From a bacterium (lineage in GTDB: Bacteria > Zhuqueibacterota > Zhuqueibacteria > Oceanimicrobiales > Oceanimicrobiaceae), in NCBI GenBank assembly GCA_046757165.1, contig JBHHXT010000103.1, positions 1 through 16,440 on the forward strand: a stretch of DNA of 16,440 nucleotides. Direction: 5' to 3'. Both the position numbers and the translations under genes were made by a program. Each line of letters starts with the position of its first letter. Positions within the stretch are counted from its first letter, which is position 1. Below, piece after piece: positions 1 to 7,816 of this stretch. A model generated the notes under the pieces. The model was not told the origin of the DNA. It ran no database searches and saw only the letters and a list, made by a program, of their open reading frames with translations.

Positions 1-137
1 ACACCGACGCGATGGTGTTTGGCATTCAGTTCTTGCCATTTTCCAATTTCTATCAAATCCGTCTAACGGCAGAATACCGCCTGGGAATGCGTGGATTAGG
101 CGACAGATTGATCGCAGGCTTGCAGTTCGCTTTCTGA
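1..137 (+). CDS. 3' end of a probable outer-membrane beta-barrel protein (partial, 5' end outside the window)
   Basis: The frame starting at nt 3 is open to TGA at 135-137 and reads TDAMVFGIQFLPFSNFYQIRLTAEYRLGMRGLGDRLIAGLQFAF*. Alternating hydrophobic strands and a terminal Phe fit a BamA beta-signal. Not listed in the ORF track. Confidence 0.65.
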   Translation, partial: TDAMVFGIQFLPFSNFYQIRLTAEYRLGMRGLGDRLIAGLQFAF

Positions 138-217
138 TTTGAACGGGTTCATGCCGGCCGGGCAGCGCGCCCGGGCCCGCAAGCATTCTTTCTGGTACCA
201 AAATTTAGGAGGCTTAG

Positions 218-970
218 ATGAAAAAGTTCACAAAGACATCAATCAACGGAGTCGTCACGACGATGGCGACCCTGTTGCTGGCTTCCGTCACGCTGGCCGC
301 CACAGGCGACAGCGGGTCTGATTACACCGCGACAGACCTCGACAACGGCGGGTCGATCACCGGTACGATTCGCTTTGCCAGCGACTTGCCTGATCTAAAA
401 GACATAAAAGTCAGCAAGGACAAAAAGGTGTGCGGTAAACACCGGGCCGATGAGTCACTGGCGGTTAATCCAGAAAGCAAAGGTCTGAAAAATGTTGTGG
501 TCTACTTGCGAAACGTGAAGACAGGAAAAGAATGGATTGACCCCGAAACCGCGCCAACCATGGATCAAAAGGGTTGCAGGTTTTCTCCACGCGTGTTGGT
601 CGTCGCCGCCGGAGAAAAGCTCAACATGCTGAACAACGATGGCATTCTGCACAACATCCATACCCGCAGTCGAATCAATCGAGAGTTGAACAAAGCGCAG
701 CCGAAATTCCTGAAGAAGATAAAGATCGGGTTTGACGAGCCGGAATTTGTGAAGGTCACCTGCGACGTTCACAACTGGATGACGGGCTGGATCGTGGTGG
801 CGGCAAACCCCTATTATACTGTCACGGACGCAAGCGGACGATTCGAGCTGACCAACATCCCGCCGGGCACCTATGAGCTCGAAATCTGGCAGGAAAAGCT
901 CGGACAGCAGAGGCGACAGGTAGAGGTGAAAGCAAGTGAAGTGACAACCGTGAATGCCGAGTTGAAATAG
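218..970 (+). CDS. Secreted cupredoxin-like protein with a carboxypeptidase-regulatory-like beta-sandwich domain
   Basis: AGGAGG RBS upstream; N-terminal signal peptide; motifs DQKGCRFSPRV, N-D-x-x-x-HN (NDGILHNIH) and C-x2-H-x2-M (CDVHNWM), resembling a type-1 copper site; C-terminal TDASGRFELTNIPPGTYELEIW repeat-type motif. Confidence 0.8.
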   Translation: MKKFTKTSINGVVTTMATLLLASVTLAATGDSGSDYTATDLDNGGSITGTIRFASDLPDLKDIKVSKDKKVCGKHRADESLAVNPESKGLKNVVVYLRNVKTGKEWIDPETAPTMDQKGCRFSPRVLVVAAGEKLNMLNNDGILHNIHTRSRINRELNKAQPKFLKKIKIGFDEPEFVKVTCDVHNWMTGWIVVAANPYYTVTDASGRFELTNIPPGTYELEIWQEKLGQQRRQVEVKASEVTTVNAELK

Positions 971-1002
971 GCGCTCGCCTGATACGTCTGGTGGTTCTGG
1001 AC

Positions 1003-1038
1003 AGCAGCCTGGGAGATTCTCTGCCAGGCTGCTTTTTT
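1003..1038 (+). terminator. Rho-independent terminator
   Basis: Perfect 10-bp stem AGCAGCCTGG (1003-1012) / CCAGGCTGCT (1024-1033) running into a T tract, 32 nt after the 970 stop. Confidence 0.85.
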
Positions 1039-1120
1039 GTTTCATCGGCTTGAAATCCCCCAATGTGTCTTAAAGATTTGCGCCTGGTATTGTACCCGAT
1101 GCCGTGGCTTGCGTTTTTCT

Positions 1121-1149
1121 TTGCATTTTCAGGCAAGATTTAGTATACT
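1121..1149 (+). promoter_or_regulatory. sigma70-type promoter for the lipoprotein gene
   Basis: TTGCAT (1121-1126), 17-nt spacer, TATACT (1144-1149); lies after the terminator and 34 nt before ATG 1184. Confidence 0.7.
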
Positions 1150-1183
1150 TGTTGCGATCATCCGAATTCTACAGGAAGTCAAA

Positions 1184-1891
1184 ATGAACCAGATGGGACT
1201 GGCGTTCGTGCTTGTTCTTTCGCTGGCGTTTTCCTGCTCGCCGACGAGCCGCGCCAATAGGAAGCCCTACGAAGACGATGTTCTGCGGCACGCGACGCTC
1301 GCCGTCGCTCCACTCGCCGCGCAGCCGCAATTCCTCACCTCTGAGGAAAACGCCGGCGAGTTCGTCCTGACCATGCCAGCGGAGATTTATCGCTCCTATT
1401 TTGAAGAAGGGCTTGCCCTCTCGCTGCAATCACGTGCAAAGTTTGAAACCATACGCCCGGCCATGTTCAAATCCGCGCCGTCGCTGCAGCCACGAATTCT
1501 GCCCACACAAGATGACAGCTTTATCAGCCTCAACCTGCCGACCGAGCCCCTGGAGTTCGATTCTCTGGCGGCCGATTTTACGTTGTTCCTCGAGGATGTA
1601 CGCGCGGAACTGACGCGGGAAAATGTGGAGCAGGGGGACCCGCGCAGGTCGATTTCCGGCTCCAGAAACGGGACCCCGCAGCCGCCGTTTTCCAGGGCCG
1701 CTGCAGGCCCGATTCTGTTCGTGCAAACCGCACAGTTTGCCTTCATCGATAATCACACCCACGAGCTGGTTCACTACGGCACCGCTCGCAGCGCGACGGT
1801 CTGGCAGGAGGAGATGCCCGAGTTTCTGCTCAAGAGTGCGCTCGATGACCTGGCCAAGATGCTCTTGTCGGGCACCTCCTTCATAAAGTAG
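1184..1891 (+). CDS. Hypothetical lipoprotein
   Basis: Start moved from 1037 to ATG 1184, downstream of the promoter and an AGGA RBS. N-terminus MNQMGLAFVLVLSLAFSC is a hydrophobic segment ending in a lipobox-like Cys. No family recognised. Confidence 0.7.
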   Translation: MNQMGLAFVLVLSLAFSCSPTSRANRKPYEDDVLRHATLAVAPLAAQPQFLTSEENAGEFVLTMPAEIYRSYFEEGLALSLQSRAKFETIRPAMFKSAPSLQPRILPTQDDSFISLNLPTEPLEFDSLAADFTLFLEDVRAELTRENVEQGDPRRSISGSRNGTPQPPFSRAAAGPILFVQTAQFAFIDNHTHELVHYGTARSATVWQEEMPEFLLKSALDDLAKMLLSGTSFIK

Positions 1892-2014
1892 GACATGCGA
1901 TACCCTTGTGCCCCACAGGCACGCTGTGCAGGCGGACACCCTTTTCCGGGCTGAGTTATGGAACAAGGTTCCGTTCAGCATGCACGCCAGTATCATGACG
2001 AATCGGGAGGGATC

Positions 2015-2779
2015 ATGTTACGAGCGATTGTCCACCCTGTCTCGCCCCGGATCACAGAGTGTGAGCTGACCCACCTGGAAAGAACGCCGATCGACCCCAA
2101 GCTGGCCGCGCAGCAGCATCAGGCGTATTGTGCCCTGCTGCGGGACCTCGGGGTCCAGGTCGTCGAATTGAGTGCGAAAGAGGTCTTCCCTGATGCTGTT
2201 TTCGTCGAGGACACGGCCGTCGTCTTCGATGACGTCGCGGTCAGCACCAATATGGGCGCGGCCTCGCGCCGTGGAGAAGTTGCGGCGGTTGAAGCCGTGC
2301 TGAGCAAGCACCGGTTGCTCGCACGTGTCCAGCCGCCGGCCACTCTCGAGGGCGGCGATGTCGTGCTGATCGGCAACACAGTGTTTGTCGGCAGAACCGG
2401 GCGCACCAACAACGCCGGAATTCGAGCGTTGCGGCACATTTTGCAGCGATTTGACTACCACGTTCTGACGGTCGAAACCCGGGGGTGCCTGCACCTCAAA
2501 TCGGCCGTTACCGCCATCAGTGAGCGCTCCCTGCTGGTCAATCCCGATTGGGTCGATCTGACGCCCTTTTCCGATTTCAATGTTATCACCGTCGATGAAA
2601 GTGAGCCCCGGGCCGCCAATGCCTTTTACCTCGAGGAAACCGTGTGCTTGCATGCCGGCTTTCCCAAAACCGTTGCGCTGTTGCGCGAGTTGGAGTTCAA
2701 GGTCGCCACGGTCGATATCTCGGAGTTCCTCAAGGCAGAGGGCGGGCTCTCCTGCTTGAGTATTCGTTTTCAAGCTTGA
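2015..2779 (+). CDS. ddaH: N(G),N(G)-dimethylarginine dimethylaminohydrolase (amidinotransferase/pentein superfamily)
   Basis: Motifs FPDAVFVEDTAV, RRGEV, LEGGDV, LHLKS and C-terminal KAEGGLSCLS with the catalytic Cys. GGGAGG RBS at 2005-2010 favours ATG 2015 over 1958. Confidence 0.88.
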   Translation: MLRAIVHPVSPRITECELTHLERTPIDPKLAAQQHQAYCALLRDLGVQVVELSAKEVFPDAVFVEDTAVVFDDVAVSTNMGAASRRGEVAAVEAVLSKHRLLARVQPPATLEGGDVVLIGNTVFVGRTGRTNNAGIRALRHILQRFDYHVLTVETRGCLHLKSAVTAISERSLLVNPDWVDLTPFSDFNVITVDESEPRAANAFYLEETVCLHAGFPKTVALLRELEFKVATVDISEFLKAEGGLSCLSIRFQA

Positions 2780-2802
2780 CATTCTACGAATTCCTTTGAA
2801 AG

Positions 2803-2951
2803 ATGGAACACGGATGAAACGGATTTAGCGGTTCGGAACGGAATGGACGTAATTTTGATTGACGTAATGTGTCGAAGCAGAGGAGTTTTTTGGTTTTCAC
2901 CCAAGATCAGATCGGTGTAAATCCGTTCAATCCGTCAAATCCGCGTTCCAT
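2803..2951. repeat. Long imperfect inverted repeat (REP/REPIN-like) with 9-bp ACGGAT-periodic arms
   Basis: Left arm ATGGAACACGGATGAAACGGATTTAGCGG; the reverse complement of the right arm is ATGGAACGCGGATTTGACGGATTGAACGG. An AT-richer spacer lies between. Confidence 0.8.
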
Positions 2952-3045
2952 TCGGCGCATGGCTGAGCGCGACTGATGCCTTTCCGGCTGCTATTTTCGT
3001 TGAGCACTGGAGGGCGTTTTCAACGTTAAATTTTTATTGAGATCG

Positions 3046-3074
3046 TTGAAATTTACGCACAATTTTCTTATATT
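3046..3074 (+). promoter_or_regulatory. Candidate sigma70-type promoter
   Basis: TTGAAA (3046-3051), 17 nt, TATATT (3069-3074), with an AT-rich upstream tract. Confidence 0.55.
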
Positions 3075-3220
3075 CAATGTTTGACTTGAAGAGGGGATGA
3101 AGCCCTTTCACCGAGACTGGCTCTTCGGTTCTGGATGAGACAGAGTGTGCGGATTGAGACTGATTTTTCTTCAAGAATCTGAAGTCAAACCCTAGCGCGG
3201 CAAAGCCGCATGAAATTATG

Positions 3221-3331
3221 AACCGCAAAGACGCAAAACCCGCAAAGGTTCCAATTTTAAGAGACGGGCTCTAACGATGAGTGAATAATCTATCATATTA
3301 TGACCTTTGCGTTCATTGCGTCTTTGCGGTT
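3221..3331. repeat. Inverted repeat (REP/REPIN-like) with CGCAAA-periodic arms
   Basis: AACCGCAAAGACGCAAAACCCGCAAAGGT (3221-3249) versus ACCTTTGCGTTCATTGCGTCTTTGCGGTT (3303-3331): 25 of 29 positions complementary. Confidence 0.85.
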
Positions 3332-3398
3332 TAATTTTCTTGCAAAAAAATGCAAAAGCTCGGCGCTAATACTATAAATAAAGAAAGGAAGTCGTTGT

Positions 3399-5276
3399 AT
3401 GGCAACCAAAACCAAAACCCAAAAGAGCACGCAAGAGTTCGAGTACAAGGCGGAAATGAAGCAGCTGCTTCATTTGATCGTGCATTCGCTCTACACGCAC
3501 CCGGAGGTTTTCTTGCGGGAGCTGATTTCGAACGCCTCGGATGCCCTCAACAAGATTCGGTTCAGGATGCTGACCGACACCGACGTCCTAGACCCGGACG
3601 CAGACCTGACCATCAAGATCGAGCTCGATGAAAAAGAGCAAACCCTGTGTATTGAGGATAGTGGCATCGGCATGACCCGGGACGACTTGATCAACCGAAT
3701 CGGCACCGTCGCCAGCTCCGGGACGATAGAATTTCTGAAGCAGATGGAAAAACTGGACAAGCCGGTGGATGCCAACCTGATCGGGCAGTTCGGCGTCGGG
3801 TTCTATTCGGTGTTCATGGTCACCGATGAAATCACCGTCGAAACCCGTCATGCAAACAAAGGCTCCAGAGGGTACCGCTGGCGTTCAGACGGTCAGGGCA
3901 AGTTTACTATCGAGAGAATCGACAAGAAAACGCGCGGCACGAAAGTTTTTTTCAAGCTCGAGGAGCAGCACAAAGACTTCAGCCAGGCCGTCCGCGTCAA
4001 GAGTATCATCCAGAAGTACTCCAACTTCGTGGACTTTCCCATCTTCGTAGACAAAGAGGAAGTCAACCGGGTCAGCGCGCTCTGGCACCGCAATAAAGAC
4101 GACATCAAGGATGAGGAGCTGACCGAATTCTACAAGTTTGTCTCCAACGATTTCAGCCCGCCTCTCGGGCACCTGCATCTCTCCATTGAAGGGGCGGTGA
4201 ACTTCAAAGCCCTGATTTTCATTCCTGAGACTGCGCCGCCGCTGATGTTCAAGGAGTACCTCGAGAAGTCGCTCCACCTTTACTCCAGCAAAGTCTTTAT
4301 TCAGGATGATTGCCAGGAGCTGCTGCCGGAGTACTTGCGCTTTTTGCGCGGTGTGGTCGATACCGAGGACCTGCCGCTCAATGTTTCGCGCGAGGTGACG
4401 CAATCCAGTCCGGTCATGGCGAAAATCAAAAGCATTCTGACCAAGCGCTTCCTGGGTTTTCTGCAGGAGTGGGCGAAGAGCGCTCCGGCGAAATACAAAA
4501 AATTCTACAACAACTTCGGTCCCATGTTCAAGACGGGCGTTAACACGGATTTTGCCAACAAAGACAAGATCATCGAGTTGCTGCGTTTTGAAAGCACCCG
4601 GACAGGGAAAGACGAGCTGACCTCGCTGAAAGAGTACGTCTCGCGCATGCAGGAGGGGCAAAAGGAGATTTACTATCTCACCGGCGAGCATCGTGAAATC
4701 ATCGAGCGCAATCCGAACCTGGAGTACTTCAGGAAAAACGACCTGGAGGTGTTGTTGTTCTCAGACCCCTTCGATGTGTTCATGATCCCTGGCTTGACCG
4801 AATATGACAAGAAACCGCTGAAATCCATCGACAAGGCAGATCTCGAGCTGAAGGAGGATAAAGGCGATGGCCAGGAGGCGCTCGGCAAAGACCTGGCCGA
4901 CTCGCTGATCAAAGTTTTCAAAGAAACCCTGGGCGACAAAGTGGAGGACATCATCGCCTCGAGACGGCTGGTCGACTCAGCGGCAACCCTGGTGGTCGGC
5001 AAAGAGGGCATGGATAAGCAGATGGAAAAGATGATGAAGATGATGAACCAGGAGTATGCCGGCTCCAGGAAGATCCTGGAGCTCAATATGTCCCATCCGC
5101 TCATCAAGAATCTCGGGAGCCGGCTCATTGCAGACGCCAGCGATCCGATTTTGCGCACCAGTATCTTGCAGATTTACGAAGGCGCACTGCTGATCGAAGG
5201 CAATTTGACCTCGCAAACAGATTTCGTCAAGAGGATGACAGAGTTGATGGTGGAGGCGACGAAGCGAGAAACATGA
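3399..5276 (+). CDS. htpG: Molecular chaperone HtpG (Hsp90)
   Basis: Hsp90 signatures SLYTHPEVFLRELISNASDA, DSGIGMT, IGQFGVGFYSVFMV, LLPEYLRFLRGVVDTEDLPLNVSRE and ILELNMSHPLI; 625 aa. Confidence 0.98.
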   Translation: MATKTKTQKSTQEFEYKAEMKQLLHLIVHSLYTHPEVFLRELISNASDALNKIRFRMLTDTDVLDPDADLTIKIELDEKEQTLCIEDSGIGMTRDDLINRIGTVASSGTIEFLKQMEKLDKPVDANLIGQFGVGFYSVFMVTDEITVETRHANKGSRGYRWRSDGQGKFTIERIDKKTRGTKVFFKLEEQHKDFSQAVRVKSIIQKYSNFVDFPIFVDKEEVNRVSALWHRNKDDIKDEELTEFYKFVSNDFSPPLGHLHLSIEGAVNFKALIFIPETAPPLMFKEYLEKSLHLYSSKVFIQDDCQELLPEYLRFLRGVVDTEDLPLNVSREVTQSSPVMAKIKSILTKRFLGFLQEWAKSAPAKYKKFYNNFGPMFKTGVNTDFANKDKIIELLRFESTRTGKDELTSLKEYVSRMQEGQKEIYYLTGEHREIIERNPNLEYFRKNDLEVLLFSDPFDVFMIPGLTEYDKKPLKSIDKADLELKEDKGDGQEALGKDLADSLIKVFKETLGDKVEDIIASRRLVDSAATLVVGKEGMDKQMEKMMKMMNQEYAGSRKILELNMSHPLIKNLGSRLIADASDPILRTSILQIYEGALLIEGNLTSQTDFVKRMTELMVEATKRET

Positions 5277-5678
5277 ACTGGCCAGCGTGCGACCGATGGA
5301 GTGGCCGCCGAGTAAAAAAAATGTTAACAAGGTTTAATAGCGCCTGCGGAACTCCACCAGAAAGGACAGGGTAAGTTTCATGTTATCATTTTGTCATTTC
5401 TTCAGTGCAGCGAAAAGGAGGTGGTCATACTTAATGAGATTCACAAACGTTGTTCTCAGTAGTCTCACTGCCAGCGATTGTCCTGTTTATTTGCTTAGCA
5501 TCCTTCCCCCCTCTGCAATATTTTCCATCGTGGATGATTTTCTATAGCTTGCTTCGCGGCCCAGATCCTATTTCTTGACTCGCGTATTCACATTGATTCA
5601 TGTTCTGTAAGGCATTCCTGGCGACTCAGGATATCACTTTGCGGTGTTTAGTTACTCACCAGGTAGGAGGTGTTGGCT

Positions 5679-7073
5679 ATGGAAGCGTTGGTCATTGCAG
5701 CGGGCATGGGCAGGCGCTTGAACCACCGAACTTCACCAAAACCCCTCGCCCGCCTGCTCGGTCTTAGTCTTATCGAGAGAACCATCCATGTTGCGAAGCA
5801 GGCTGGAATTACCGGATTCAAAATTGTGGTCGGATACCAGGGTACACGGATTATGCAGACGCTCGGCACAGGAGCGAAATACGGCAACACCATCGACTAC
5901 ATTCACAATCGGGCGTGGCCGAAAGGCAACGGAACGTCCGTGCTGGCCGCGAGGTGCGCTATCGAGCCCCCTTTTGTGCTGCTGATGGCCGACCACCTGT
6001 GCGAGGAAAGCCTGCTCGCTGACTTGATCAAGTGCCAGGTACGAGAGGGCGAGTGTGTCCTGGCCATTGACCGAAATCTTAAAAGCAGCCATTTCAGCCT
6101 GGATGATGTGACCCGGGTTCATGCTGAAAATGGGCTGGTGACCCGGATCGGCAAAAGCGTCCACCGGTACAACGCGCTGGATACCGGGTTTTTTTTGTGC
6201 TCGTCTGCTATTTTCGACGCCCTGGAGCGCACCGTCGCCCGGGGACGTTACGATCTGTCGTCCGGCAACCAGATTCTGGCGGACATGAGCGCGCTCCGCA
6301 CGCTGGACGTGACGGGTAAGCTCTGGATCGATGTCGACGACGAGGTGGCTTACCGGAAAGCCCGGCGCATCCTGCTCGACAGTCTGGTCAAGCCCACCGA
6401 CGGGCCGGTCTCGAAACAATTGAATCGCAAGATCTCGGCAAGAATCTCAGCTTTGCTTTCGAGCCTGAAGGTCACGCCCAATCACTTGACCGTGTTCAGC
6501 TTCGTGGTCGCAGCGATTTCTGCGTTCTGTTTCTTTCAGGCAACCCCACTGTGGATCATGGTGGGCGGCGTACTGGCACAGATTTCCTCTATCCTCGATG
6601 GCTGCGACGGGGAAATCGCACGGCTCAAGTTTCAGCACAGTTTCTTCGGCGCGTGGCTCGACCGGGTGCTGGACCGGTATGCGGATGGCTTGATCCTTCT
6701 GGGCATGAGCTATGCGGTCTGGCATCATTCTTCGAACCCAATGGTCTGGCTGGTGGGCGGGCTGGCTCTGATGGGGACGTTCATGAATAGCTACACCGCG
6801 GTTGCGTATGACAAGCTGCTGGCAAGGCGGGCGGCCAAAAGAAAATTCACCTTCCGGATGGGCCGGGACGTGAGACTCTTCGCCATTTTCGTCGGCGCTG
6901 TTTTTAACCAATTGTGGGCGATACTCGTTGGCTTGATGCTGATCACAAACTTCGAGTCGATTCGTCGCTTGTTCGCTTTGAGGCATGTACCGCCAGGCCG
7001 TCAGATCACTGGAAAACGCGTTGCTAAAGATTATCTCCCGCTCGGAGGTGCCGGAGGATTTAGCACACGCTGA
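5679..7073 (+). CDS. Bifunctional NTP transferase / CDP-alcohol phosphotransferase, IPCT/DIPPS-like (di-myo-inositol-phosphate pathway type)
   Basis: N-terminal IAAGMGRRL...PKPL nucleotidyltransferase motif with MADH, DTGFF and WIDVD; linker DGPVSKQLNRKIS; TPNHLT; full CDP-alcohol phosphotransferase motif DGCDGEIAR-x8-GAWLDRVLD; about 6 TM segments. AGGAGG RBS supports ATG 5679. Confidence 0.85.
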   Translation: MEALVIAAGMGRRLNHRTSPKPLARLLGLSLIERTIHVAKQAGITGFKIVVGYQGTRIMQTLGTGAKYGNTIDYIHNRAWPKGNGTSVLAARCAIEPPFVLLMADHLCEESLLADLIKCQVREGECVLAIDRNLKSSHFSLDDVTRVHAENGLVTRIGKSVHRYNALDTGFFLCSSAIFDALERTVARGRYDLSSGNQILADMSALRTLDVTGKLWIDVDDEVAYRKARRILLDSLVKPTDGPVSKQLNRKISARISALLSSLKVTPNHLTVFSFVVAAISAFCFFQATPLWIMVGGVLAQISSILDGCDGEIARLKFQHSFFGAWLDRVLDRYADGLILLGMSYAVWHHSSNPMVWLVGGLALMGTFMNSYTAVAYDKLLARRAAKRKFTFRMGRDVRLFAIFVGAVFNQLWAILVGLMLITNFESIRRLFALRHVPPGRQITGKRVAKDYLPLGGAGGFSTR

Positions 7074-7557
7074 AGATGTTAGGAAGTGGGTGATTCGACT
7101 CCACAAGCGGGCCAGCACCGCGCTCAAAGTCGCGGCCCTGGCCCACGATGTGGAGCGCGCCCTGCCGACTCGAAAAGTGCACCGCCGCGATTTCTCCGAT
7201 TACGACGCGTTCAAACGCGCTCATGCTGCCAACAGCGCCCGAATTGCAGACGAGCTCATGGTGGCGTTTGGTCTGGCACCGCCGTTCCGGGCTCGGGTTC
7301 GCTTCCTGATCGAAAATCACGAGCACGGCGGTTATGCCGATAATGAACTGCGTGTGCTGAAAGACGCCGACGCCCTCTCCTTTTTTCATATCAATTTGCC
7401 GCTCTACGCCCAACGTCATCAGTCAGATGAAGTCTGGTTCCGCATAAAATGGGGATATGCCCGCCTGTCCGAGCACGCCCGGAAAATGGTGCACTCACTC
7501 GCATATGACGATGACAGGCTGAATGAGTATCTGACCAGAATGCGACAGACGGTCTAA
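6985..7557 (+). CDS. HD-domain metal-dependent phosphohydrolase-like protein (DUF4202-like)
   Basis: Ordered HD-superfamily motifs HAEDV, ALAHDVER, HAANSA, IENHEHGG and LKDADALSFF. Overlaps the upstream CDS by 89 nt. Confidence 0.75.
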   Translation: MYRQAVRSLENALLKIISRSEVPEDLAHAEDVRKWVIRLHKRASTALKVAALAHDVERALPTRKVHRRDFSDYDAFKRAHAANSARIADELMVAFGLAPPFRARVRFLIENHEHGGYADNELRVLKDADALSFFHINLPLYAQRHQSDEVWFRIKWGYARLSEHARKMVHSLAYDDDRLNEYLTRMRQTV

Positions 7558-7680
7558 CCTGGATTTCCCCCATCCACCTCCGGACTTGTTGGGACAGGCG
7601 GTTCATCTCTTGTTTCCCTTCGAAGGTTTTGGGCGGCTTGCAGTTTGTGATGAACACCGGGGGTGCCAATCGAAGCAGTT

Positions 7681-7735
7681 GACGCTGAAAGTGTCCGACA
7701 ACACAGCCCAGGGTTGAGCGTATGCGAACCCTGGG
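7681..7735. repeat. REP-like palindromic element
   Basis: Small hairpin GACGC-TGAAA-GTGTC (7681-7695) followed by a perfect 9-bp stem CCCAGGGTT (7707-7715) / AACCCTGGG (7727-7735). Confidence 0.6.
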
Positions 7736-7782
7736 AAAGGGAAAAGATCTATAAAAACAATCCCGTAGGCAGTACAAATCTG

Positions 7783-7811
7783 TTGACGTTTTGCCCGGTT
7801 TTCGATAAGTT
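7783..7811 (+). promoter_or_regulatory. sigma70-type promoter directly abutting a start codon (probable leaderless mRNA)
   Basis: TTGACG (7783-7788), 17 nt, TAAGTT (7806-7811), 5 nt, ATG 7817; no Shine-Dalgarno sequence. Confidence 0.6.
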
Positions 7812-7816
7812 GTGCC

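Noticed and set aside
1037..1183. N-terminal extension of the lipoprotein ORF given in the ORF track
   Set aside because: It overlaps the terminator and the predicted promoter; the signal peptide begins at 1184.
3197..3275. c-di-GMP-I (GEMM) riboswitch-like words GGCAAA...GAAA...GACGCAAAACC
   Set aside because: The required P2/P3 stems do not form; the words are explained by a GCGGC/GCCGC hairpin and the CGCAAA-periodic inverted repeat.
2803..3331. CRISPR array suggested by short recurring motifs
   Set aside because: The repeats are inverted with 9-bp internal periodicity, have no unique 30-40-nt spacers, and no cas genes are present.
3332..3398. Heat-shock operator (CIRCE) or clear promoter directly upstream of htpG
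   Set aside because: No TTAGCACTC-N9-GAGTGCTAA match; only weak -35/-10 candidates.
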